Assembly (NCBI RefSeq): GCF_018350175.1 | Contig: NC_058368.1 | Span: 155,560,001 to 155,624,000 of the forward strand | DNA length: 64,000 nt | Direction: 5' to 3' | DNA from: Felis catus | Lineage: Eukaryota | Part shown: positions 1 through 12,697 of the stretch, in pieces | Position numbering within the stretch: position 1 is the stretch's first letter | How the letters are laid out: each line of letters opens with the position of its first letter | Notes under the pieces: model-generated | Database searches by the model: none | What the model was told of the DNA's origin: nothing | The model's input: the letters and a program-made list of their open reading frames with translations, nothing else | Made by a program: the position numbers and the translations under genes

Positions 1-40
1 AGCCAGCTAATCAATAATGTGCAAATAATTTTGTAAAAAA

Positions 41-235
41 CATTTATTGAGTGATCACTATGCTTTCGATGATTTACTACACTGAAGTCTCACAATGGGA
101 AGTGCTGTTATCATCCCCATTTTAGAGGTGACCTAGCTAACATTTACAAGGGGTTGGGCAACTTGTTCAGTTACCCAGATACTGACTTGAGGAGGTAGGA
201 TCTGAAGCTGGGCAGTGTGACTGCATTATTGCAGC
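41..235 (-). mobile_element. MIR SINE remnant
   Basis: catttattgagtg...atcatccccattttaga...gggcaacttgttcagttacccag...ggatctgaagctgggcagtgtgact resembles the reverse complement of the MIR core; boundaries approximate. Confidence 0.65.
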
Positions 236-994
236 TCACATCTCTCATTGTCATACTGTACGTATACAAAAATAAACACTACTGTAAGGCAGCATGTGTA
301 TGGCCCTGGTGAATGGCAGAGATAACAAGTCCTCTAACTTTAGACTAAGAAGTGATTACTGAGGACTGGGCAGTAGGAACAACTTGATGAAGAAAGTAGA
401 ACTTCGGGTAGGTTTTGAAAGAAGATGAGGAACAGTTAAGTGCTGGTGGAGGAAGAGATAAGTGAACAAAGGGGTGGATGGAGATGCTCATAATATACTC
501 AGAGATAAGAGGTAGACTTGTTTGGAGAGAATGAAAGAGTCCACGTAGGACAGTAGTAGAAAGCATTACTAATTAGAGATTTGGCAGGAACAAGAGAATG
601 AAGGACTTAAGAATTTGGATTTCATTCTTCAGGCAGAAGTGGAGCCAACAAAGTTGTTGTTGTTTAAACAGAGAAAGAGGTGCGAAAAGTGACTTTTTAG
701 GAAGATATGTAGGATATAAAGACAGTAACAGCTATGGAGACCAGGAGGCCAGTCAGGTGGAGGTGAAGAAGACCTGGACTAAGAGGGCTGGCAGTGGCGA
801 CGGAGAAGAAATTACAGATAAAAGAGAAAGAAAGAATCAAGCAAACGTGATTGCCTTGATGATGGAGAGAGGGAAGAATCAGTACCAATGTGACGAATAC
901 TGATACTGTCACTGTCAGAAACGGGGACATTTAAAAAGAAGAGCTGCTTTTTGGCAGATTACTAAATTTAAAACTCTTGATTCCTAGAGGTTTA

Positions 995-1270
995 AGGCAT
1001 TTATTAATCAAATAACTTAAACATTTGGATACCGTTATAAGCTAGGAACTGGGCCAGGTACCGGTGACAGAATGGTGAGCAGGAAAGATATGGTCTCTTT
1101 TCACAGACCTTTGAGTTTATGACAGAAGAGAAGCATTGGGTAATTATAGTAACACTGATGAGTTTTACGATGGTGATGAAATACAGAGTATTATGGGACC
1201 ATATGGTAGGAGCATACATAGAATGTGGTCTGAGACTTCCTTGAGGAGTGACATTTAAGCAATGGACCAT
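995..1270 (-). mobile_element. L2 LINE 3' fragment (ancient)
   Basis: gcatttatt...ctaggaactggg...gagacttccttgaggagtgacatttaagc resembles the reverse-complemented L2 3' region. Confidence 0.5.
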
Positions 1271-1344
1271 GTTAATAGTTTGTGGTTAATAGTCCCCATA
1301 TCAGGGAGTTAACCTGTGTTATATACCACAGGTTATATATACTA

Positions 1345-2255
1345 GAGGTGCCAATCATAGTATCTGCTCACCAACCACCCCTTGTAGTGAAACGACATTT
1401 ATTACAGACCTGTTTTAAAGGACAGCAGCAGGGGCCATCTTTTTCACCACATAACCCTGCACCTTCCAACCACAGCTGACTGAACCTGGGATGGATACTG
1501 ATCTAAGTGTGGCCAATTCATAGGATCATCATCTATGATATGAGGCAGAGAGATGAGAAGAAAAAAATAATTTTCTTAAGAATCTGAATGGAGGAAATGA
1601 AGATATTAGTGAGGGATGGGAACTGCAGTAAAGTCAGAAGTGGACAGGTCGAAAGGCTACCCATTTGCCAAAGTTCTGAGGGGACAGAAAGAGTAAGAAA
1701 GGAAGAAGCTGGTCCATATACAGTGAATAGAGGAATTACACAGAGAAACAGAGATGCCTCTAAGGGAATATACGTCTCATGAGAGACAAGTGGCAACAGT
1801 AGGTGCTTTGTATAGCAATATTAATTGTCAGTGACTTTCCAATGACAAGACAATGAGTATCCTCACAATAACTCATACTGGGTTCATTTCATTTTAGAAC
1901 AACATTCAAAAGTCTAACTGGCTTAAATTACAATTTCGGTATAGAGTTTAGTTCTTATAGTCTCTGTACAAATCGTATTTTTTTATTTTTTATTTTTTAG
2001 GGAGAGAGAGAGTTGGGGAGAAAAGCAGAGGGGGAGAGAGAGAGAATCTCAAGCAGGCTCCATGCTCAGTGTGGAGCCTGATGAGGGGCTCGATCCCACA
2101 ACCCTGGGCTCATGACCTGAGCTGAAATCAAGAGTTGATGCTCAACCAAATGAGCCACGTAGGTGCCCCTGTACAAATCTTCTTTAGGAGACAAACTATA
2201 AATTCGATCCAAGCTAGCTGAGTGGATTTCTATTGCTCATAGACAAGAGGGCTTA
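1345..2255 (+). mobile_element. possible highly degraded MaLR LTR (MLT1K/L-like), interrupted by a CanSINE
   Basis: cacagctgactgaacctgggatggatactgatctaagtgtggccaat near 1470-1520 and an end resembling 'ttctattgctcatagacaagag'; recognition by eye only. Confidence 0.3.
1975..2169 (-). mobile_element. CanSINE (short, older type)
   Basis: Reverse-complement tRNA-derived head ending gagccacgtaggtgcccc, (GA)n tract, T-rich tail; TSD tgtacaaatc at 1965-1974 and 2170-2179. Confidence 0.95.
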
Positions 2256-3858
2256 ATTAAAACACATTATCCCCTCATGGATAAAAGTAAGCTGAAAAGG
2301 AGATACCGTGTTGAGTTCAGCTACCAGGGTAAATAAATTATTATATATAAAAACAAATCTGTTTGCTACCTTTAAATGTCTTTAATTGTCATAATTATAG
2401 CATGCCTATCTCAACACAGATGCATACGATATATTCTTAGGAAAATTGTCACAACTGTTCATACTTACACTCAAGTGATATATTTGTATGCTGTATACCA
2501 TACACATATACACGAAATGTATTCATACACCTAGCTAAGTATCTGTAGTAAGACATCAATTATACAAATGTACAAACACAATTCTATGACTTCCTTGCAA
2601 CTCTGTATGCATGCCAGGAACACTGAGATGATGGTCCGGATGTAATTATTGTCTCTTTCCTCACTGCCACATTGTATAGCACCGGGTGGACAGATGAGAT
2701 TAAGCAAGTCTATGCTTGGTAACATCATCTTTTGAGTTTTACCCATACTCTCTCATTCTGTCAGCCAATCTCCTCTATTTTCCTCAACTGTACTTTCTCT
2801 ATTTTCTCTCTTGTTAAAACAAAGCTATAAACAACTGTAGCCAAATAAGTGATAAAACAATTAGGTTACCTGTGCCAAGCAGTTTTTATGGGCTAAAAAT
2901 ACGAACTTTTCTATAAAGTTACCATTTGGGGCATGGGTAAGGTAGCTGAACTAGCATTCCCCTTACCCTGAAAGGAAAGGTAGAAGTTACCTCTTGGTTT
3001 CTCATTTTCCACTCGGCCTAAACTCAGTGGATAACTTGATTTTAAGAGGAGATGGGAAAGAAAATCAGGAGAAAATAAGAAGTGACGTTTAACTGGGCAA
3101 GGGAAAGGGATAAGTGGGTTTAACATATACCTATCTCTCCCCTGTTCCATGCAAAGGAGGCTGTGGAACGGACTGTGCACAGAAAAACCTGCCTAAGAGC
3201 ATTTATAACAAAGGAGAGGGACGGTCCTCCTTCCGTATCTCAGCTGGGCTTCAGTGGTGGCAAGTGGAGCAGACAGAGAAAGGAGAAGGAAGGAGAGATC
3301 ACCCTCCTACTGTTCAGGCCTTGGTGACAAGGAAATAAAAGTAATTTGCATATGGTTAATTATAAGTATACTAAAAACAGTGGGTTGTTTTCCTAATGGA
3401 ATAGTGAAAGTTGCAATGAAAAATTATACCTTTTTCTCCAAGTGAAAGGAATTTGTTTTCAGATATAATTTCTTCAACAGTGAAGAGAACTTTTTGAAAA
3501 AAATGAAGGCAGTATTTTATAATACTAACTGCATTATTTAAAACTCATTTAATTTTACTATAATAGAGGAAAGCTTACCAGAGGGGCCATGAGTCAATAA
3601 TGTTCTGATAAACGTCAATTTAGTAAGGTAGGTGTTATAAAATATATTCTCTTGGTTTCTAACATACTTTAAAAAAAAACATGGATCATAATGTGACAAT
3701 GTATATACATAACATGAATTACACAAATAAAAAAACCTGCAGAAATAGATATATCAGCTCTACCCTTCTGACACATATTATAAGACCTTCACAATAAAAG
3801 TAGACTGAAAGCATCGTATCATTTTGAGATTTATTAATGCATTTCTTAGTGTTTTTTT

Positions 3859-3889
3859 ACACACACATACACACACACACACACACACA
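3859..3889. repeat. (CA)n microsatellite
   Basis: AC run with one interruption, seen directly. Confidence 0.95.
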
Positions 3890-6795
3890 GGGATTTACCT
3901 TATAAATTCATGTCAGCTACACACCCAGAGGGTTGATATAATGTGGTTAAAGAAAAAAAAGCTAAACCTTTGTTTACCTCCTTTAATAGTAAAAAGATAA
4001 TAATGAAAGCATTGCAAGCAATTTTATTTTAAAGAAAACCAACTGAGTCACAGATAACAGATTTTGTAGTTTCTATAACTATCCAATTTCTGCATAGTGC
4101 CTAGAAGCGGCTATATATACCCCAACAGCATTTTACATCTACCTAGATTGATAGGACATGTTACCAAGACATTATCTACCCATGGTTCACAACAAACTTG
4201 GACAACATCCAGGTTTGAAGAAATGAAAACACGAGGTAGAAGTAAAAGGAGATAGACCAGAGCCAGAAACACGGATGGCAGAAACATAAAAACACCAGTT
4301 CCAACTTCAAGAAAACACAAATCAGTTTTTCTTATTAGAATGTGAGATGACAGAACAAACATGGGACAGGTACATGGTATCCTGTTATTACAGAAGTATC
4401 TTCCATGTTAGAGTTTATTTTACAACGAAAACTGCAAATAAATAATGATAAGACATCAGAGCGTGTCTGATAATCTGTGACAACAATTCTAACGCTGTCA
4501 TTGTAGCCACTGGAGAAACCTGCACATACTGAGCCCTGACCCACCGAACCTTTTATCTGCCTGTGTACTCTCCACAGGCCAAGCAAATAAAGGCCAAATG
4601 ATAATTTACACATGAATCAACTTTCTTTGCTGCATAGGCACCAGAGACGTTTCTTTTCTCTGTTACTGAGAGAAAGGCAGCGAGGTCTAAGCTTGTCTCA
4701 CTAGAAATCATACAAGTGAAACAGTGATTTGCAGGAAAATGGCAGATCAGTAAAGGGAAGCTGTTCTAAATGTGTGATAAAAATGGCAGCCACAAAGGAC
4801 TAGATGAATATTTAGTTTGAAAACAGGCCTGACAGTAACAATGAGTCTTTATCCTATTCAGAACAGGTAATGTCATACAAACTGAAATGGAGATACAATC
4901 CTGATAGAAGATTACATAAGATACCTGGGTGGGAATCTTTAAAGACTTCAACCTTCATTTGAATAAATGTACACTCATGGATCTTCTGCATCTGTATCTT
5001 ATTCAGAGTACAGATAGTTATTTCACATGAATGACATGTAGACGGTATATTGCCCACTTCGATAATGAGAGATAAATCAATCAGGATGATTAAAAAAAGG
5101 CTTGTTCATGAACAATGGGTACACATTCTACACCTTGGAACGTGTAAAGGAAAAAAAAAAAGGTATTTTTCTTCAACCCAGACCCCCTGGTGCTTAGGTC
5201 AACTTTTTACAAATTCATTAAATTATCAAAATATTGCTATAGCCTTTCTTATAGGAATGTAGTAATGAACAATACTTGTCCTGGCTCATTTAACAGGGGA
5301 ATGGAGATTTATTATTAAACTTGTGTTAATAGGCCATTGCAAAGACGATTATATAATCTTCTAACAAATGATAGGTACTAACAATTCATTTTTATTCCTT
5401 ATTACCACTTCTGCAGCTTTCGGTTTGCCACATTCCTACCCAACAATGTAAATCCCTGATTTTCTGCAGACTTGGTTTACAATTCACTGTTCAGGAAACT
5501 TTAGCTTAAAGCTCCAGTTTTAGTGCAGTGCTTAGACATAGAAGGCCATTAGTAAATGTTGTGATATACATGGACTCTCAATGTGTGGTAGGTAGTAGAC
5601 CAAAATCTTAAAAATCAATTTTATTTATGAGCTGTAAGTGTAAGAAATGTGGTCTAATTTGTGGTTCATAAAATGAAATTCTGAATTTTTATTCCTGTAG
5701 GGTGCAGAAATGGATCTGTAAACTCCATGCCACAATCCATACTCTGAGACAATGCCAAAAATAGTAAGTGTTACGGGATTAAGTCATATCAGTTCTTGGT
5801 GATGAGTTGCCTATGTCAAAAATCTTGGCAGTGAGCAGGTTTTTTTTTTTAAATATTACCTTAATTGTTTCTCTCTACTTTTATAGTATGAGTTTTTAAA
5901 AATCCTTTCAACTGCTTTCCTTACCTCTTTTGTCCTTGAGTTTGAAACCCTCTTTTGCCCCACCTCTCTTCTCAATTACCTATTCATTTCCCTACAGTCT
6001 GGCTGTTTAGTTGTTTTTGAAGTCAAAATTAGCATTTTCCTTACAGTGAAAACTCCTAATTGGTAAGAATCATATCTACAATTTTTACATAACTACAACC
6101 CCTTCTAGTGCCTCAGATAGTGTTAGCCATCAGAATATTCTAGAGAACTCAAAAAAATGGGTATAGAAAGAATGTTTTTCAACATAACAAAGGCCATATA
6201 GGACAAGCCCACAGCTAATAGCATACTCAATGGTGAAATGCTGAAACCTTTTCCTGTAAGATCAAGAACAAGACAAGGATGCCCATTCTTGCCACTTTAA
6301 TCAATCAACATAGTACTGGAAGTGCCAGGGTAATTAGGCAAGAAAAAGACATAAAAGGCACCCAAATTGGAAAGTAAATCTGTTTCTATTTTCAGGTGAC
6401 CTGATAGTATACACAGAAAATTCTAAAGACTCCACCAAAAAACAAACAAAACAATGAACTAAATACTAAATTCAGTACAGTTGCAGGATACAACATCAAT
6501 ATATAAAAATCAGTTGTGTTTCTACACACTAACAACATACTATCAGAAAGAGAAATTAAAAAATATATAACCTCATTTACAATAGCATCAAAAGGAATAA
6601 AATACTTAGGAATAAATTTAACCAGGATCTATACAGTAAAAACTGTGAGACACTGATGAAAGAAAAGACGACACAAATAAATGAAAAAAAAAATACTGTG
6701 TTCACGAATTAGAAAAATTTCTATTGTAAAAATGTCCATACTACTCAAAGCAATCTACAAATTTAATACAATCCCTATCAAAATTTCAATGGCAT

Positions 6796-7015
6796 GGTGT
6801 GCCTGGGTGGCTTAGTTGGTTAAGTGTAGGACTCTTGATTTCAGCTCAGGTCATGATCTCACAATTCATGAGTTTGAGCCCTGCATCAGGCTCTGTGCTG
6901 ACAGTGTAGAGCTTGCTTGGGATTCTGTCTCATTCTCTGTCTCCCTCTCTTTCTGCCCCCTTCCTTCCACCCCACCACCCCATCTCTCTTACAAAATAAA
7001 CAAATAAACATTAAA
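6796..7015 (+). mobile_element. CanSINE nested in L1
   Basis: ggtgtgcctgggtggcttagttggttaag head, CT tract, A tail; perfect 16-nt TSD aaaatttcaatggcat at 6780-6795 and 7016-7031. Confidence 0.96.
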
Positions 7016-7502
7016 AAAATTTCAATGGCATTTTTCACAGAAATAGAAGAAACAATCCTAAATTTTGTATGGAACCAAAAAGACTGAATAGCCCAAGCAA
7101 ACTTGAAAAAGAAGAAAGCTGGAGGCATCCATTTTCTGATTTCAAAGTATATTATAAACCTATTGTATAAACCTATTGTATAGGTTTATTATAAACCTAT
7201 TGTATAAACCTATAAACAGTATGGTACTGGCATTAAAAAAAGACACATAGATCAATGGAACAGAACAGAAAGTCCACACATAAGCTCATACAATATGTCA
7301 ACTAATTTTTGACAAAGGAGCCATGAATATACAGTGGAGAAAGGATAGTCTCTTCAACAAATGGTGGTAGGAAGACTGGAAACCATTATCTTGAAAACTT
7401 ATCTGTACTCCCATGTTCATTGCAACATTATTCACAATAGCCAAGGCATAGAAACAACGTAAGTGTCCACAAACAGATAAATTTACATCAAGAAAATGTG
7501 GT

Positions 7503-7505
<3 letters not shown>

Positions 7506-7553
<48 letters not shown>
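7506..7553. repeat. (AT)n microsatellite within L1
   Basis: Pure AT run, seen directly. Confidence 0.95.
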
Positions 7554-7558
<5 letters not shown>

Positions 7559-9403
7559 ATAATAATATTTGGCCCTGAAAAAGAAGAAAATCATGTTATT
7601 TGTGACAAAATGGATGAACCTGGAGGGTATTATGCTAAGTCAAATAAGCTAGTTAGAGAAAGATAAATACTGCATGGTGTCACTTATATTTGGAATCTTA
7701 AAAAAAAAAAGGAAAAAAGAAAAAAAAAAAGAAAGAAAGAAAAAAAGTGGTTGAGTTGCCAGGGGCTATGGGGTAGGAGACACAGGGAGAGGCTGATAAA
7801 ATTATTACATAAAAAACAAAAACAAAAATCTCTTGAGAGATGCCTACTGTTGAGGACTCTTCAGGATATATTTTTCAAAGTAAAGCCACAATTTACCTAG
7901 TGATAGTTATTCCTATATTAAGCCAAGTCACAGGTAAATTCATAAAATAGTTCTGGCATACTTAAAGGTATATTTCATGACCACTAGACATGACAGCCTG
8001 AAATGTCACATTTAGTGACCTCAAAGACATAAAGTTTGGATGATAAAGGAGGAGCAAAGAAAGACTAAATCAGAATGGTCATGATTGTTTCCTCAATTTT
8101 ATGAAGCCTTTGGGGAATAACCTCAATTACTAAATTTCTCTTTCTATTAATGTTTTTTCACAAGTAGGTTTATTTTTGCTTTTTTTTGTTATGAAAAAGT
8201 TACCCTAATTTAAAAAGTGATACAAAAATATTGTGTTGACTTGATGTTCTTTTATTTGTAAGGCATAAAGGACTATGATCTGTAAATGCAAAGCAAATAC
8301 ATCTCCCCACATATAAAGATGACAAGAGAACAAGAATAGGATGCTGGCTGGCAGAAACTTTTCAAAAGCAACATGGGGGAAGAAATCAGGAACTTTCCAA
8401 AGTACAAAACAAAGCCGGACAGAAAAGAAAGTGTAAATTTGAATCAACTTAATTCAGTGCATTTAAGGTGCTATTTAATAGTTTGTTGTTGTTGTTGTTG
8501 TTTTAGGTTTAGTAACAAGAGACAGCATGTGTACAAGCCTAGGAATATCCCCCAAATGCATCTCATTATGTATTTTGTTCTTCAGTATCATTACATTTGG
8601 TAAGACCAGCTTCTTATCAAAGTCTTCTCTCCTTGTCTTATCATTCATCTTGTTCTCTCCTTATTGATTGTCAGATGATGAAAGAGACAATGGTTAGCTT
8701 TACTAGGGTCAATATATAAAGCAGACATAGCATCTACTCAATCTACCAGGTCTGTCGATCTGCCATGGGGGAAACTGGATTGGTCTATAATTTGATGTTC
8801 GCAAAAGTGAGCTGATAATTGCAGAGAAATTTGTGATCCTCAAATATTTCAATAATGATTTTGGATAACATCAGTACTTTCTGAAGTATCTAAATTAACT
8901 TGATGGGACTGTAACTTTAAAAGTCATCCTAATTTGCATGTTTGAAGTAAAGCACCAAATTTGTCCTTTCCCATTCTGGTTTTCCTTATTATTGCTGTGC
9001 TACGAATGTAAACAATGAAACTAAAATCGACTCCCTCAAAGCAAATAACCTTGCTGCTTAGAATGTGAACACATGAACAAAATACCAAGCACACACAAAA
9101 GTTACCTATCAAAAGGTGATAAAACTCCTAAGTGAAGGATGATATGGTTTCTGGACAACTGTACCATAATATTAAAGTGGTGAAATGACAGTTGTGGAAA
9201 TGGGAAGAACTAGTTAGAACCCGGGAACATCTCTTCTTCATATTGACTGCCAAATCGTATGAGAGGCTCTTTTTTTAAAGTCTGAATGGGGTGAGTAGAA
9301 AAAAAAAAAAAAAAAAACTTTTTGCAAAGGGTTACTTAGACACTGGGAAAAGAAGGTATGAAACAGGCTTTCTACATTTGTCAGGCAACATTAAGCTGTG
9401 AAT

Positions 9404-9449
<46 letters not shown>

Positions 9450-9647
9450 CATCCATTCATTAGAGAGAGAGAAAGAGAGTGTGCACAAGTGGGAGAGAGG
9501 GGCAATGGGAGAGAGAGAGAGGATCTTAAGCAGGCCTCATGCTCAGTGCAAAGCCTGATGTGGGGCTCGATCCCACAACCCTGGAATCATGACCTGAGCT
9601 GAGATCAAAAGTTGGATGCTCAACCGACTCAGCCACCCAGGTGCTCC
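9404..9647 (-). mobile_element. CanSINE whose tail has become a (TCTA)n/(TAGA)n microsatellite (about 9404-9450)
   Basis: Reverse-complement head ...tcaaccgactcagccacccaggtgctcc; GA tract; tetranucleotide repeat at the tail position. Confidence 0.93.
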
Positions 9648-10074
9648 TAAACTGTATGTTCTTAATAAAATGTCATTACAATCCCTTAATAGGGAAGTCA
9701 AGGGAAAGAGAACTTGGTTTTGGAGTTACATGTTTATGTTGGGGCTATTGAAAAAGTGCCCATCACAGTGGCCAACAGTGGATCTCCACCCATCACATGA
9801 AATCTGCATTGTTTAGAAGCAGCTAAGTTTGAGGGTATACAGCAACCTATGTTAGTCAGTGATGAGTTTTATAGATCCTTACATTCTAGTCAAATAGCTT
9901 CTAGTTCATATTATGAATCTCATGTGCTGGTGAAAGAAAAATTTTAAAGTCACAAGCATTTGCTGTTTTTCTTTCCTGTCATGAAACCTCTCTCTGACTT
10001 CTAGAATACTTCCTTAAATAAGTGTTTAAAGATAAAAACAGAGCATGGTTAAATGCCAAAATTTTACTTGCAAT

Positions 10075-10520
10075 TTTCCTTCCCAAACTTATTCCTCTCC
10101 TAGAACTTCCTACTCTCAGTAAATGACACTGCCCAGATGTTCAAGCCAAAAATCTAGGAATCATCCTTCATCCTTTCTATCGCTTCACTTCCCATATCTA
10201 AAGGATTAAGACGTGCTGGAGACGTCTTCCTATCTCTACTACTACCATCATTCAAGCTACCATAATCTCCTGCCTAGGCTACCGCAATAGCTTCCTAAGT
10301 AATCAGCTGCTTACATTCTTCCTCCCCTACCAATCCATTTTCCCTCTATAAGTTAGATCCTATCGCTCTCCAACTCGAGAACCTTGGATGGCATTCTGCT
10401 ATACTTTGAATAAGAAAGAAATTCAGACTCCAGGTCTACAAGTTCCTGAACAAATGGTCCTTGCTTTTATCCCCTCCTTGTTCTACATGCTTCAGGAACA
10501 CTCGCCTTCTTTTCTGTTCC
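10075..10520 (+). mobile_element. L2 LINE fragment
   Basis: cccaaacttattcctctcc...cagatgttcaagccaaaaatctaggaatcatcctt...gcaatagcttcctaa are typical L2 motifs. Confidence 0.65.
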
Positions 10521-11006
10521 TTTCTGTTCCCGTGGTCTGTGTAGAGTAAATTTGTGGGTTTCAAGGCTGATAAATTTACATCACGATACATTTACACGAA
10601 TTTCCTGAGGGTCAAGGAAATGTACTTAGCATAATTCAGGGCCACACACCATGTCTGTTAGTTGTACTTAGAAATGCCCTTAGTGTCATTAAGTATAGGG
10701 AAAAAAACAGATGATTTTGAACCCCACAAAATGAGTATCCACACAGGAATAACTTAAAGTACCATTTCATTCTTTATTTGTTGTAATTAGTTATGTATAA
10801 TGAGTGATACAAAATTATAAACATAAGATGTCTTACATACATTTCTACATGTGTAAAAATTATGAGTTTAGCAAGGGACAGACTTCCTCAAGGACTATAG
10901 TCTTCTGTTTATATATAAGAATGAAATTATGATTATACACTTCACAATGCTGAGAAGTTCCACATTACTTTCATTTACAGTTGTACTATTTAAAATAACT
11001 ATACTA

Positions 11007-11233
11007 GGGGCGCCTGGGTGGCTCAGTCAGTTAAGCGTCCGACTTCGGCTCAGGTCATGATCTCACGGTCTGTGAGTTCAGGCCCCAAGTCGGGCTCTGT
11101 GCTGACAGCTCAGAGCCTGGAGCCTGCTTCAGATTCTGTGTCTCCCTCTCTCTCTGACCCTCCCCCGTTCATGCTCTATCTCTCTCTCTCTCAGAAATAA
11201 ATAAACATTAAATAAAATTTAAAAAAATAAAAT
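11007..11233 (+). mobile_element. CanSINE (feline SINEC_Fc-like)
   Basis: ggggcgcctgggtggctcagtcagttaagcgtccgacttcggctcagg head; TSD aaaataact(a/g)tacta at 10992-11006 and 11234-11248. Confidence 0.97.
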
Positions 11234-11865
11234 AAAATAACTGTACTAAAAACTGTACTATTTTTTTTTTCTTCCTTGGCGTTTTGTAAAAGTCCTTTAC
11301 AAGAGGAAAGTGATTTTCTTTTGGCTCCTCACAGGAACATCCGGAATGCCACTGCTTGAAGACTTTCATTGTGATACACAAAATGCTGACACTGATTATA
11401 CATTTGAAAATGATGAATTGTTTTACTCGTTAGTATGGGAAGCATTATAAACCCTTAAAACAAGGCATTTTGCATAGATTTTATCTGACAGGACATTAGT
11501 AATTTCAAACCCTCCAGAATCTTGAAGAAGCCAAATGAGTCTAAGGAAATAAATATGGACTGTCATTATTACTGTTATGTCAATTGTTACTGGGTAATAA
11601 TTGTCAATAATGATTTTACTATTAGTTTTGTATTCAACTAAAAAGCACAGAATATAAAGAATCATAATAGAGAAATAGAAACCCTAGCATTAGTGTTTTG
11701 TTAAGTAAAGAATAAAGATAAAAATTCAAATGCAAAAAAGTAATTTTGGATGATAAAGTAAACTAAAGGAGAATTACAATGTTAATTGAGAAACTGTTCT
11801 GAATGGCAAATAATAAGAGCTCCTCTCCTTAAAAGGACTCATCTCCATAAAAACCTTTATGTATA

Positions 11866-11956
11866 GGGGCTTCTGGGTGGCTCAGTCGGTTAAGCATACG
11901 ACTCGTGATTTTGGCTCAGGTCATGATCTCATAGTGAGCATAGAACCTGCTTGGGA

Positions 11957-11988
<32 letters not shown>

Positions 11989-12078
11989 CTCTCTCTCTCT
12001 CTCTCCCTCCCTCTCTGTCCCTCCCCTGCTCATGCTCTCTTTCTCTTTCAAAATAAACAAACATTAAAAAAAAACCCC
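11866..12078 (+). mobile_element. CanSINE, internally deleted, with expanded (CT)n
   Basis: ggggcttctgggtggctcagtcggttaag head; middle segment missing after atctcatagtg; degenerate TSD aaaac(c/a)ttt(a/g)tgta. Confidence 0.93.
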
Positions 12079-12483
12079 AAAACATTTGTGTAATGGAAAC
12101 CATCCTTGAATATGATTAATAAAAAGTAGGATTTGTAACTAATCAGAAACTGAAAATACAATCAGACTTTATATAGTATTAAAAAGTAAAGCAAATTTTC
12201 GTTTACAGAAACAATTTTTGGAAACAGCAGGTGTTTCTTTCCATAAGTTTTGAGGTGACTTTGCAATTTTTCAAACAAGCCTATACAGAAGAAGAGACTA
12301 AAGCTGAGGAAAAACACCTTTTTAATATGTATGAACTCTTTTTAAATTTTCAGACTTACCGGTTGGTAGCTGAAATAAGTGATCATTTAAACTGTAATTT
12401 TAAATGAGAGGAAAGAGAAGAACTAGCTTGGAAAAGAATCAAGGTATGAGGTAGTATGAAGAAAAATAGAAATGTTAGAGATA

Positions 12484-12697
12484 GGGGTGCCTGGGTGGTT
12501 CAGTCGGTTAAGCAACTGACTTCGCCTCAGGTCATGATCTCACGGTTCGTGGGTTCAAGCCCCGCGTTGGCTCTGTGCTGAACAGCTTAGAGCCTGGAGC
12601 TCTTCAGATTCTGTGTTTCCCTCTCTCTCTGTCCCTCCCCTGCTTGTTCTCTGTCTCTCAGAAATAAATAAATGTTAAAAAAAATTATTAAAAAAAT
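12484..12697 (+). mobile_element. CanSINE
   Basis: Canonical head and tail; TSD aaatgttagagata at 12470-12483 and 12698-12711. Confidence 0.97.

Larger units (their letters stand above)
6146..7800 (+). mobile_element. Old L1 (L1MA/L1MB-like): ORF2 RT-region fragment plus 3' end, internally deleted, with nested SINE
   Basis: gacaagcccacagctaa...gaacaagacaaggatgccca, gttgcaggatacaacatcaat, cagtatggtactggcat, atggatgaaccctggagggtattatgctaagt are L1 ORF2/3'UTR hallmarks; the sequence jumps forward near 7380. Confidence 0.9.

Noticed and set aside
2531..2746. 71-aa minus-strand ORF in apparently unique DNA
   Set aside because: No recognisable homology or convincing splice context; the length is within chance expectation.
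2860..3610. Several 23-60 nt minus-strand AG...GT segments (about 2870-2892, 2991-3017, 3429-3488, 3579-3604)
   Set aside because: Each has a weak acceptor or donor, and they do not assemble into a recognisable protein.
11007..11090. tRNA-like A/B-box sequence
   Set aside because: It is the tRNA-derived head of a CanSINE, not a tRNA gene.
11018..11200. Recurrent ORFs such as MAQSVKRPTSAQVMISRSVSS... (also 21180, 23250, 32352, 42487, 43669, 55054) that look like a paralogous peptide family
   Set aside because: They are translations of the CanSINE consensus, not genes.
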